A stretch of DNA of 50,258 nt. It comes from Verrucomicrobiota bacterium (GTDB taxonomy: Bacteria; Verrucomicrobiota; Kiritimatiellia; CAIQIC01; JAGNIJ01). A program made the position numbers and the translations under genes. The notes under the pieces are model-generated. The model was not told the DNA's origin. It made no database searches and worked only from the letters and a program-made list of their open reading frames with translations. The stretch lies in assembly GCA_018823105.1 (NCBI GenBank), contig JAHJJH010000282.1, positions 1 to 50,258 of the forward strand, read 5' to 3'. Positions 26,170 to 32,989 of this stretch are shown here, in pieces; within the stretch, counting starts at the first letter, position 1, and each line of letters starts with the position of its first letter.

Positions 26170-26369
26170 TCGGTCCCTGGCTCGCGGCAAAGCTCATGAA
26201 GGCGCTCGATCCGGTCAAGTACCTGGCCACCGAAGCGGGCCAGACGGTGGAGAAGGCGTTCAAGCCGGGCGACTACAGCGCGGCGTTCATGGCCGCGGGT
26301 ATTGCGTGCCTGGTGGCCGGGACGATAGTCCTGACCCTGATGAAAGCGCCAAAAGCCAGGCAAGCCTGA
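26160..26369 (+). pseudogene. out-of-frame duplicate of the MFS gene 3' end (alternative last-TM tail)
   Basis: An 18-nt direct repeat is present: ggcggcctgatcgggccc at 26026-26043 and ggcggcctgatcggtccc at 26160-26177. The frame after the second copy reads GGLIGPWLAAKL...GDYSAAFMAAGIACLVAGTIVLTLMKAPKARQA. This parallels the real tail GGLIGPILGGAMGDAKAWIWAFIPAGIACIVMGVVAMTLKPPEHKAA. Confidence 0.5.
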
Positions 26370-26573
26370 CGGCACGAGATAGCTGCATGGACCCACGGGC
26401 CTGCAGCGCGGAGAATATCGTCGGCGTCGCCGCCATCACCGTCTGCCAGTCGCTGTAGATGGCGGGGCCGGTTTGTTTTCCCGGGCGAAGGGATCGTCTG
26501 ATTTCCTCCACAGGGGAGGCCTCATCCGCGCCTTTGCAGAAAACGACAATTCACGTTACTGTTCCGCCGGGCC

Positions 26574-27716
26574 ATGCAACGTCACGTCTCCATACAAGTC
26601 TCCGGCCGCGTGGACCTGCCCCTGGATGGGCCGCCGGTGCTGGCCTGCGGCGCGGATCTCAAGAGCGTCTTCTGCGTCACGCGCGGCCGCCAGGCGATCC
26701 TTTCGCCGCCCATCGGCGACCTTTCGGAATACGCCTCCTGCCAATTCTACCGTGAGGCCGTGGACGAGCTGCTGCGTCGGCTGCAGATTCAGCCGGCGAT
26801 CGTCGCGCACGACCTGCACCCGGATTACGAATCCACCCGGTTCGCGAAGACCTTCCCCGCCGGGCGCAAGATCGCCGTGCAACATCATCACGCGCACGTC
26901 GCCGCCTGCATGGCGGAGCACGGCCTCGCCGGACCGGTGATCGGCGTCGCGCTGGACGGATCGGGCTACGGGCCGGACGGCACGGTCTGGGGCGGCGAGT
27001 TCCTGGTGGCGGATTACGCCGGATACCGGCGCGTGGGACACTTCAAGCCGTATCGCCTGCCCGGCGGCGAAGGCGCGATCCGGCATCCGCCGCGCATGGC
27101 CTTGAGTTGGCTGGCCGAGGAATGCGGAGAGCGTGCGGATGCATTGGGCGCGCAATGGTTGCCGGCAATTCCCCCGGATCACCGGAAAACGCTGTTGGGC
27201 CTGATCGCTTCCGGCGCGCATTCGCCCTGGACCTCCAGCGCCGGCCGTCTCTTCGACGCGGTCTCCGCGCTGTTGGGATTGTGCGACAAAATCTCGCACG
27301 AGGGCCAGGCGGCGATGCGCTTGCAGGCCGCCGCCGACCGGCGCGAGAGCGAAGCCCTGCCGGTTGAACTGGAGGATCGGGCCGGCGTCGTGGTCCTGTC
27401 TTTCGGGCCCGCCCTGCGCGCGCTGCTGGAGCAACGCGAGGCGGGAGTCGGAATCCCGATCCTGGCGGCGCGATTTCATCGGGCCGTGGCCGCGGCCGTG
27501 GCCGCGGTCTGCGGACGCTTGCGCGACCGGGAAGGCCTGGCCCGAGTCGTGCTCTCGGGCGGGGTTTTCCAAAACGATCTGCTGTTGGATTGGCTGACGG
27601 ACGCTTTGTCTGCCGGCGGTTTTGAAGTATATTCCCATCACCAGGTGTCGCCGACCGACGCGGGCCTGGCCCTGGGCCAGGCCGCCGTGGCCCTGGCGGC
27701 GGCTACTGAACACTGA
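26574..27716 (+). CDS. hypF: HypF-like carbamoyltransferase, Kae1-like C-terminal domain only
   Basis: 380 aa. PVLACGADLKSVFC, HHHAHVAACMAEHG, GVALDGSGYGPDGTVWGGEF and VLSGGVFQN match the C-terminal half of HypF. The frame is closed by a TGA at 26499-26501, so no acylphosphatase, Zn-finger or YrdC-like domain can be encoded upstream in frame. Confidence 0.8.
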   Translation: MQRHVSIQVSGRVDLPLDGPPVLACGADLKSVFCVTRGRQAILSPPIGDLSEYASCQFYREAVDELLRRLQIQPAIVAHDLHPDYESTRFAKTFPAGRKIAVQHHHAHVAACMAEHGLAGPVIGVALDGSGYGPDGTVWGGEFLVADYAGYRRVGHFKPYRLPGGEGAIRHPPRMALSWLAEECGERADALGAQWLPAIPPDHRKTLLGLIASGAHSPWTSSAGRLFDAVSALLGLCDKISHEGQAAMRLQAAADRRESEALPVELEDRAGVVVLSFGPALRALLEQREAGVGIPILAARFHRAVAAAVAAVCGRLRDREGLARVVLSGGVFQNDLLLDWLTDALSAGGFEVYSHHQVSPTDAGLALGQAAVALAAATEH

Positions 27717-27735
27717 ACACCGAACACTGAAAATG
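27708..27735. repeat. tandem heptamer repeat (GAACACY)x3-4 spanning the hypF stop
   Basis: gaacact gaacacc gaacact gaaaatg. The hypF TGA (27714-27716) lies inside the repeat. Confidence 0.8.
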
Positions 27736-27736
27736 T

Positions 27737-27768
27737 GCCCGCGGGCGCCGGCCAGCGGCGCCCCTACA
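27737..27768. repeat. half-copy of a REP-like element (ends ...ggcgcccctaca)
   Basis: The reverse complement tgtaggggcgccgctggccggcgcccgcgggc resembles the left half of the palindromic unit at 30925-30984 (tgtagggccgccgcttgcggcgcgcc). Confidence 0.5.
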
Positions 27769-27790
27769 TAACCATTAACCACCTCTTCTT

Positions 27791-28015
27791 ATGTGTCTTG
27801 CGATTCCAGCCCGAATCATCGAATGCCACGGCGAGAACGCCGTCGTGGAAATCGGCGGCGTCCGGCGCCAGGCCAATATCGCGTTCATTGACGATGCCCG
27901 GCCGGGCGACTACCTGCTGTTGCACGCGGGCTTCGCCATCCGGAAATGGTCCGAGGAAGACGTTCGCGAATATCGGGCTTTGATAGAGCCGCTGACCGCC
28001 GCGGAAGACAAATAA
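27791..28015 (+). CDS. hypC: hydrogenase maturation chaperone HypC/HybG family
   Basis: 74 aa. The N-terminal MCLAIPA carries the essential Cys2. Typical length and OB-like sequence. Confidence 0.9.
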   Translation: MCLAIPARIIECHGENAVVEIGGVRRQANIAFIDDARPGDYLLLHAGFAIRKWSEEDVREYRALIEPLTAAEDK

Positions 28016-28022
28016 GTTATCA

Positions 28023-28468
28023 CCGCAGAGAACGCGGAGAGCGCAGAGGCAATGGAAAAGGAAAAACTAAACCGAATTACGGAAGGCATTATCGGTGCAG
28101 CTATGGAGGTGCACCGTGCCCTGGGGCCCGGTCTTTTGGAGTCGGCGTATGAAGCGTGTTTGGCTTTTGAGCTGGCCCAACGCGGCCTGAAGGTGGAACA
28201 ACAGAAACCCCCGCCCGTGGTCTATCGGGAGGTTAAGCTCGATTGTGGATACCGGCTGGACCTGTTCGTCGAAGAGAAGGTCATTGTCGAGATCAAGGTC
28301 GTTGAGCAACTGATGCCGATTCATCAGGCCCAATTGCTCTCTTACTTGAGACTTTCCGGTTGCAAAGTGGGCTTGCTCATCAACTTCAATGTCAAGGTTC
28401 TGAAGGACGGCATCTGCCGATTAGTAAATGACTTTCCGGATTCTCTGCGATCTCTGCGATCTCTGCGG
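28023..28468 (+). mobile_element. GxxExxY gene cassette bounded by 26-bp imperfect terminal inverted repeats
   Basis: The 5' repeat is ccgcagagaacgcggagagcgcagag (28023-28048). The 3' repeat is ctctgcgatctctgcgatctctgcgg (28443-28468), whose reverse complement matches the 5' repeat at 23 of 26 positions. Each arm is itself a 9-nt tandem triplet. The cassette fills almost the whole hypC-hypD gap. Confidence 0.65.
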
Positions 28469-28471
28469 TAA
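28052..28471 (+). CDS. GxxExxY protein (PD-(D/E)XK-like superfamily)
   Basis: 139 aa. The family signature is GPGLLESAYEACLAFEL (G-x-x-E-x-x-Y), with the downstream motifs DLFVEEKVIVEIK and QLLSYL. The C-terminal SLRSLRSLR is encoded by the 3' inverted repeat. Confidence 0.85.
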   Translation: MEKEKLNRITEGIIGAAMEVHRALGPGLLESAYEACLAFELAQRGLKVEQQKPPPVVYREVKLDCGYRLDLFVEEKVIVEIKVVEQLMPIHQAQLLSYLRLSGCKVGLLINFNVKVLKDGICRLVNDFPDSLRSLRSLR

Positions 28472-28486
28472 CGAACTGGCCCTGGC

Positions 28487-29545
28487 ATGAATAAGGAAAT
28501 TCAGGCCATTCGCGAACTCGCCGGCGGCCTGGGCCGGACCGTGCGGCTCATGGAGGTCTGCGGCACGCACACGATGGCCGCCTTCCGGTCGGGCCTGCGC
28601 TCGCTGCTTCCCGCGAACGTGCAGCTTCTCTCCGGGCCGGGCTGTCCGGTGTGCGTCACGCCCATTGACTACGTGGACCAGGCCGTCGCGCTGGCCCAAC
28701 GGCCCGATACCGTGGTGGCGACGTTCGGTGATATGATCCGGGTGCCGGGCACGGAAGCGTCGCTGGAGCAGGCGCGCGCCCGGGGCGCGCAGGTGCGGGT
28801 GGTCTATTCCCCGCTCGATGCGTTAGCCGAGGCGCGGGCGAATCCCGGGACAGCGGTTGTATTCCTGGGTGTTGGATTCGAGACCACCGCGCCGACGACG
28901 GCGTGGGCGCTGCGCGAGGCGGCCCGGGACACGCCCAATTTTTATGTTTTGTGTGGACACAAGACCATGCCGCAGGCGATGGCCGCGCTGCTGGACGGCG
29001 GCGAGGTTTGCGTGGACGGGTTCCTCTGTCCGGGCCACGTCAGTGTCATCATCGGCTCAAAGCCGTACGAATTCATTCCCCAAAAGTACGGCTTGCCCTG
29101 CGTCGTCGCGGGATTCGAGGGTGAAGACATGGCTGCGGCGATCCGCATGGCGCTGAAGCAGTTGGCGGAAGGCCGCGCGGAGGTGGAGGTGCAGTACACC
29201 CGCAGCGTCACCCGCGAGGGCAATGCGAAAGCACAGGCCGCGATTCGCGAGGTATTCGAAGACAGCGACGCGGCTTGGCGCGGGCTGGGCACCCTCCCGG
29301 GCAGCGGATTGCGAATCCGCGGGGAGTTTTCGGCTCACGATGCCGAACGGCTGCTGGCCGGCCTGGAGATTCCGCCGGCCCGGGAGCCGGCCGCTTGCCG
29401 CTGCGGCGACGTGCTGCGCGGGGCCTGCGCGCCGCCGGAATGCCCGCTGTTCGGGACGCTTTGCACCCCGGGCCATCCGGTCGGCGCCTGCATGGTCTCG
29501 AGCGAGGGCACCTGCGCGGCGTATTACCAATTTAGAGAAAAGTAA
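28487..29545 (+). CDS. hypD: hydrogenase maturation protein HypD
   Basis: 352 aa. Motifs are MEVCGTHT, GPGCPVCVTP, GFETTAP and the C-terminal Cys motifs (CRCG...C...C). Confidence 0.9.
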   Translation: MNKEIQAIRELAGGLGRTVRLMEVCGTHTMAAFRSGLRSLLPANVQLLSGPGCPVCVTPIDYVDQAVALAQRPDTVVATFGDMIRVPGTEASLEQARARGAQVRVVYSPLDALAEARANPGTAVVFLGVGFETTAPTTAWALREAARDTPNFYVLCGHKTMPQAMAALLDGGEVCVDGFLCPGHVSVIIGSKPYEFIPQKYGLPCVVAGFEGEDMAAAIRMALKQLAEGRAEVEVQYTRSVTREGNAKAQAAIREVFEDSDAAWRGLGTLPGSGLRIRGEFSAHDAERLLAGLEIPPAREPAACRCGDVLRGACAPPECPLFGTLCTPGHPVGACMVSSEGTCAAYYQFREK

Positions 29546-29555
29546 CACCAAAAAG

Positions 29556-29697
29556 TTTCCAATGTTTGGAAAAAGGCCCGCCGATTTTTCCAATCATTGG
29601 AAAAAAAGACGGAGAATTTTCCAAACATTGGAAAAAAAGCGCGCAATTTTTCCAAACATTGGAAAAATGGGTGGGTGAACTTTCCAAACATTGGAAA
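29556..29697. repeat. array of five 17-bp palindromes TTTCCAA-NNN-TTGGAAA with 31-32 bp phasing
   Basis: Copies lie at 29556-29572 (tgt centre), 29587-29603 (tca centre), and 29618-29634, 29649-29665 and 29681-29697 (aca centre). Start-to-start spacing is 31, 31, 31 and 32 bp. The 14-15 bp spacers are unrelated to each other. Confidence 0.9.
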
Positions 29698-29803
29698 ACC
29701 AGGCCCCGAACCCGCTTCGCAAGCTCTCTTCGAAGTTGGACCTGCGCCGGGGCAAGCGAGAACGACGACGAGGACGAGAACGAGAAGGAGAGGGATTGTA
29801 TTT

Positions 29804-29820
29804 CCTGAACCCTGAACCCT
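29804..29820. repeat. tandem heptamer (CCTGAAC)x2, preceded by gggattgtatttcc
   Basis: The sequence is cctgaaccctgaaccct, 13 nt upstream of the hypE ATG. The same motif family occurs at 34835-34858. Confidence 0.75.
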
Positions 29821-29832
29821 CTTCCAACCTAT

Positions 29833-30852
29833 ATGAACGAACCAACACCTGAATTGGTGCTGCTGTCCCACGGGGGCGGGGGCGGGCGCACGAAGCAGTT
29901 GCTCCACGACATCATTCTCCCGGCCCTCGGTTATGACGGGAGCGAGAAACTGGACGACGCCGCGTGCCTGGACGTGCCCGAGCGCGACCTGGCGATCACG
30001 ACGGACTCGTACGTCGTCCGGCCGCTTTTTTTCCCGGGCGGCGACATCGGGCGGCTCGCGGTCTCCGGCACGGTCAATGACCTGGCGATGCAGGGCGCCG
30101 AGCCGCGGGTGCTGACCCTGGGATTGATCCTCGAGGAGGGCTTGGAACTGGCCGCGCTGCAACGCGCCATGCAGTCCGTCGGCGAGACCGCGCGGGAGGC
30201 GGGGGTACGGATCGTGACCGGCGACACGAAGGTCATCGAGCGGCGGGCCGGCGACGGGCTGTTCATCAATACTGCCGGGTTGGGCGTGCGGTACCGCGGG
30301 GCCGATACGCACGTGGCCAATGCCCGGCCGGGCGACGTGGTGCTCGTCAGCGGGACGCTGGGCGATCACGGTATCGCCGTCATGAGCGCGCGCGAGGCCT
30401 GGGGCCTGGAGACGCGTCTGCCAAGCGATGTCGCCCCGTTATGGGACATGGTCAAATCCTTGTTGGATGCCGTCCCGGGCGTGCGCTGCCTGCGCGATCC
30501 CACGCGCGGCGGCCTGGCCGCGGCCCTGAACGACATCGCGGAGGCCTCGGGGGTGGGCGTGCGAATCCGGGAAGAGGCGCTGCCGGTGCGGGAGGAAGTC
30601 CGCGGCGCCTGCGACCTGCTGGGGCTGGATCCGCTGAACGTGGCGAACGAAGGCAAGGCGGTGGTGGTGTGCGCGGCGGCGGACGCCGCGCGCGCGCTGG
30701 AGACGCTGCGGGCACATCCGCTGGGCCGGTCGGCCGCGGTGATCGGCGAGGTGACGCCGGCGCCGGGGGGCCGGGTGCTGATGCGTACGCGGCTGGGCGG
30801 CGAACGGATGGTGAATGTGCCCAGTGGCGAGGATCTGCCGAGAATTTGCTGA
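29833..30852 (+). CDS. hypE: hydrogenase maturation protein HypE
   Basis: 339 aa with a PurM-like fold. The DAA/DSYVV motifs are present, and the diagnostic C-terminal PRIC ends on the carbamoyl-acceptor Cys. Confidence 0.9.
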   Translation: MNEPTPELVLLSHGGGGGRTKQLLHDIILPALGYDGSEKLDDAACLDVPERDLAITTDSYVVRPLFFPGGDIGRLAVSGTVNDLAMQGAEPRVLTLGLILEEGLELAALQRAMQSVGETAREAGVRIVTGDTKVIERRAGDGLFINTAGLGVRYRGADTHVANARPGDVVLVSGTLGDHGIAVMSAREAWGLETRLPSDVAPLWDMVKSLLDAVPGVRCLRDPTRGGLAAALNDIAEASGVGVRIREEALPVREEVRGACDLLGLDPLNVANEGKAVVVCAAADAARALETLRAHPLGRSAAVIGEVTPAPGGRVLMRTRLGGERMVNVPSGEDLPRIC

Positions 30853-30924
30853 AGCGGCATGAGAAAAGGACCCCCTGACTATTTGCGACAGAAGGAAAAC
30901 AGAGTTTTCGGGTCAGAGGGATCT

Positions 30925-30984
30925 TGTAGGGCCGCCGCTTGCGGCGCGCCGTTTTTTCGGCCCTGCGCAAGCGCAGGCCCTACA
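30925..30984. repeat. 60-bp REP-like palindromic unit downstream of hypE (possible terminator)
   Basis: A 9-bp outer stem, tgtagggcc (30925-30933) with ggccctaca (30976-30984), encloses the short palindromes gccgcttgcggc and ctgcgcaagcgcag and a central T6 run. Confidence 0.6.
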
Positions 30985-31096
30985 TTGTTCGCTAAAGGTT
31001 CAAAAAGGCCAAGGCGGCGGCATCCCGGCTTTGCGTTCGCCGGAAGGTTGTGATAGTTTGCGGCAGCGCGAGTAGCCAAAGGGAAGGAGCGAAAAC

Positions 31097-31597
31097 ATGG
31101 GGATACTCTTTAGTGCCGACGAAGCCTTGAAGGTGGCCGAGCGGATCGAGGGAAACGCGGGCGCCTTCTACCGGAAAGCCGCCGGACTTCACTCCGGCGA
31201 GCGCAGCCAGGACCTGTTGTTCAAGCTGGCGGCGATGGAGGACCAGCACCAGGAGACTTTTTCACTCATGCGGACGCAGTTGTCGGCGGTCGAGAAAGAG
31301 CCGACGACCTACGATCCCATGGATGAAAGCCTGTTGTACCTGAAGGCCCTGGCCGACCAGCACGGCGGCGAGGGATCCCCGACCGCCGCCGACGCGCTGA
31401 CGGGAAAAGAGACCATGGAGCAGGTCTTGCGTGTGGCGATTGACCTGGAGCACAAGACGGTTCAGTTCTACACCGGCCTGCGCGAAATGGTCCCCGCCAG
31501 CCTCGGGAAGGACAAGCTCGATCGGATCATTGCCGAGGAAAAAAAACACGTCGTCCAGCTCTCCAAGGAATTGAGCGTGATCCACCCGAAGTCCTGA
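31097..31597 (+). CDS. ferritin-like / rubrerythrin-family diiron protein
   Basis: 166 aa. Two E...ExxH-type helix pairs are present (ERIEGNAGAFY...MEDQHQ and AIDLEHKTVQFY...EEKKHV). Strong GGAAGGAG RBS. Confidence 0.7.
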   Translation: MGILFSADEALKVAERIEGNAGAFYRKAAGLHSGERSQDLLFKLAAMEDQHQETFSLMRTQLSAVEKEPTTYDPMDESLLYLKALADQHGGEGSPTAADALTGKETMEQVLRVAIDLEHKTVQFYTGLREMVPASLGKDKLDRIIAEEKKHVVQLSKELSVIHPKS

Positions 31598-31635
31598 CGG
31601 ACGGGAAAGCCTCCGCTTACAGCAAGGGAAACGAC

Positions 31636-32115
31636 ATGCCCACGAAACTCACCGCCGATGAAATTCTGCAGATGGCCCAGCGCCTGGAGGAAAAGGGCGC
31701 CCGGTTCTATCGCAAGGCCGCCCGGTTGCATGTGGCAGGACGTGATCTGTTAAATCGGATCGCCGACCAGGAGGACGTGCACTACGCGATTTTCGAGAAG
31801 ATGCGTCGATCCCTGGCGCCGGGCGAGAAGCCGGCCGGGGCCGATCTGTTCGGAGACCTGGAGCAGTATCTGGATGGCATGGTGGATGAACTTTCGATCC
31901 AGATGAATCGGAATCCGGAGGACGCGTTGACCGGCCGCGAGCCCCTGCCGGATATCCTGCGCACCGCGATCCAGATGGAGAAGGACTCCATCCTGTTTTA
32001 CGTCGGGTTGCGGCAGAGCCCGACGCTTTCCGGCCTGCGCCAGCGTCTTGACGACATTATTCGCGAGGAAATGCGGCACATCACCTGGCTGACCGCCCAA
32101 GCCAAAGGGTCCTGA
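31636..32115 (+). CDS. ferritin-like / rubrerythrin-family protein (tandem paralog)
   Basis: 159 aa with the same architecture as 31097-31597 (QRLEEKGARFY...QEDVHY and AIQMEKDSILFY...REEMRHI). Confidence 0.7.
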   Translation: MPTKLTADEILQMAQRLEEKGARFYRKAARLHVAGRDLLNRIADQEDVHYAIFEKMRRSLAPGEKPAGADLFGDLEQYLDGMVDELSIQMNRNPEDALTGREPLPDILRTAIQMEKDSILFYVGLRQSPTLSGLRQRLDDIIREEMRHITWLTAQAKGS

Positions 32116-32125
32116 CCATCGCGCC

Positions 32126-32989
32126 ATGAACCGGGGTGCGTCAGCAATCGCGGCGGCGTGGCTTGCCTTGGGTGCGCAGGGCGTGGCGGCTCCGCCTGTG
32201 GATCCCGACTGGCAGGAAGTTCCCCGCGAGCAGGCGGATCTCCGGTTGCTCACGCCCCGCGGCCGAACCGCGCTGGACCTGCCCGGGGCGGACTGGCGGC
32301 ATGCCCAGAGCGGGCATTTCGTCATCCACTTCGAGCAGGCGATCTTTGCTCGGAAGGTCGCGCGCATGGCGGAGTTTTTTTACACCTACATCGCCGCCGA
32401 CCTGGCCGGCGCGCAGGATCGCGTGGAAGGGCGTTCGCATATCTTCATTTTCCGTTCGGAGAAAGACTGGAAGGCCTTTGGCGCGGTGGCCGGCGACGTG
32501 CCGGAGTGGACTTTCTCCCAGGTCTCCGGCCCGGTGATGTTTCTCCAGCAGGCGGCGGACACATCGTCCAGCGGAGACGTGCTGGCTCACGAGATGGCGC
32601 ACCTGGTGGTCAACCGGTTCCTGGAGCGGCCGCCGCCGTTGTGGTTGAACGAGGGGCTCGCGGAGTTTTACGAAGAGTTTGCCTACTCGGCCTTCAAGGG
32701 AATCAAGAAAAGCCGCCGCGCGCAGTTCCGGCGGTTGGACCGGCTGTTTCCCGTCGGTCCGTTGCTCGAAGCGAGCGCCTATCCGCAGGATGCGGCCTCT
32801 GTGCAGGCTTTCTACCAGACGGCAAAGTACATGGTCGGCTGGCTCCGCCTCGACCGTCCCGCCGACCAATTCGTGCCGTTCCTTGAAGACTTGAGTCGGG
32901 GCGGAATCTTCCGGGACGCTTTTGCGAAGCATTACAACTTGCCCACGACCGCCGATGTCGAGGGCGCGTTTCTCAAATTCGCACGATGA
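32126..32989 (+). CDS. secreted MA-clan (HExxH) metallopeptidase-like protein
   Basis: 287 aa. It has a signal-like N-terminus (AAAWLALGAQGVAA), the zinc motif HEMAHLV, and a downstream NEGLAEF as in peptidase_MA-like or DUF1570 proteins. Confidence 0.55.
   Translation: MNRGASAIAAAWLALGAQGVAAPPVDPDWQEVPREQADLRLLTPRGRTALDLPGADWRHAQSGHFVIHFEQAIFARKVARMAEFFYTYIAADLAGAQDRVEGRSHIFIFRSEKDWKAFGAVAGDVPEWTFSQVSGPVMFLQQAADTSSSGDVLAHEMAHLVVNRFLERPPPLWLNEGLAEFYEEFAYSAFKGIKKSRRAQFRRLDRLFPVGPLLEASAYPQDAASVQAFYQTAKYMVGWLRLDRPADQFVPFLEDLSRGGIFRDAFAKHYNLPTTADVEGAFLKFAR

Noticed and set aside
24853-27782. 445-aa (-) ORF opposite the MFS gene and 408-aa (-) ORF opposite hypF.
   Set aside because: They have shadow-frame composition, and the opposite-strand frames have transporter and HypF signatures.
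29556-29697. CRISPR array.
   Set aside because: The repeats are only 17 bp and the spacers 14-15 bp, far below CRISPR dimensions. There are only five units, and no cas genes or leader lie in the window.
29566-29848. Small ORFs across the palindrome array (80 aa +, 72 aa +, 84 aa -) giving FPIIGK, FQTLEK and SNVWK-type peptides.
   Set aside because: They arise on both strands purely from the palindromic repeats and have no independent coding evidence.
30441-30970. ORFs overlapping or antisense to hypE and the downstream REP unit.
   Set aside because: They are Arg/Pro/Gly-rich shadows. hypE is secure because of its PRIC C-terminus.
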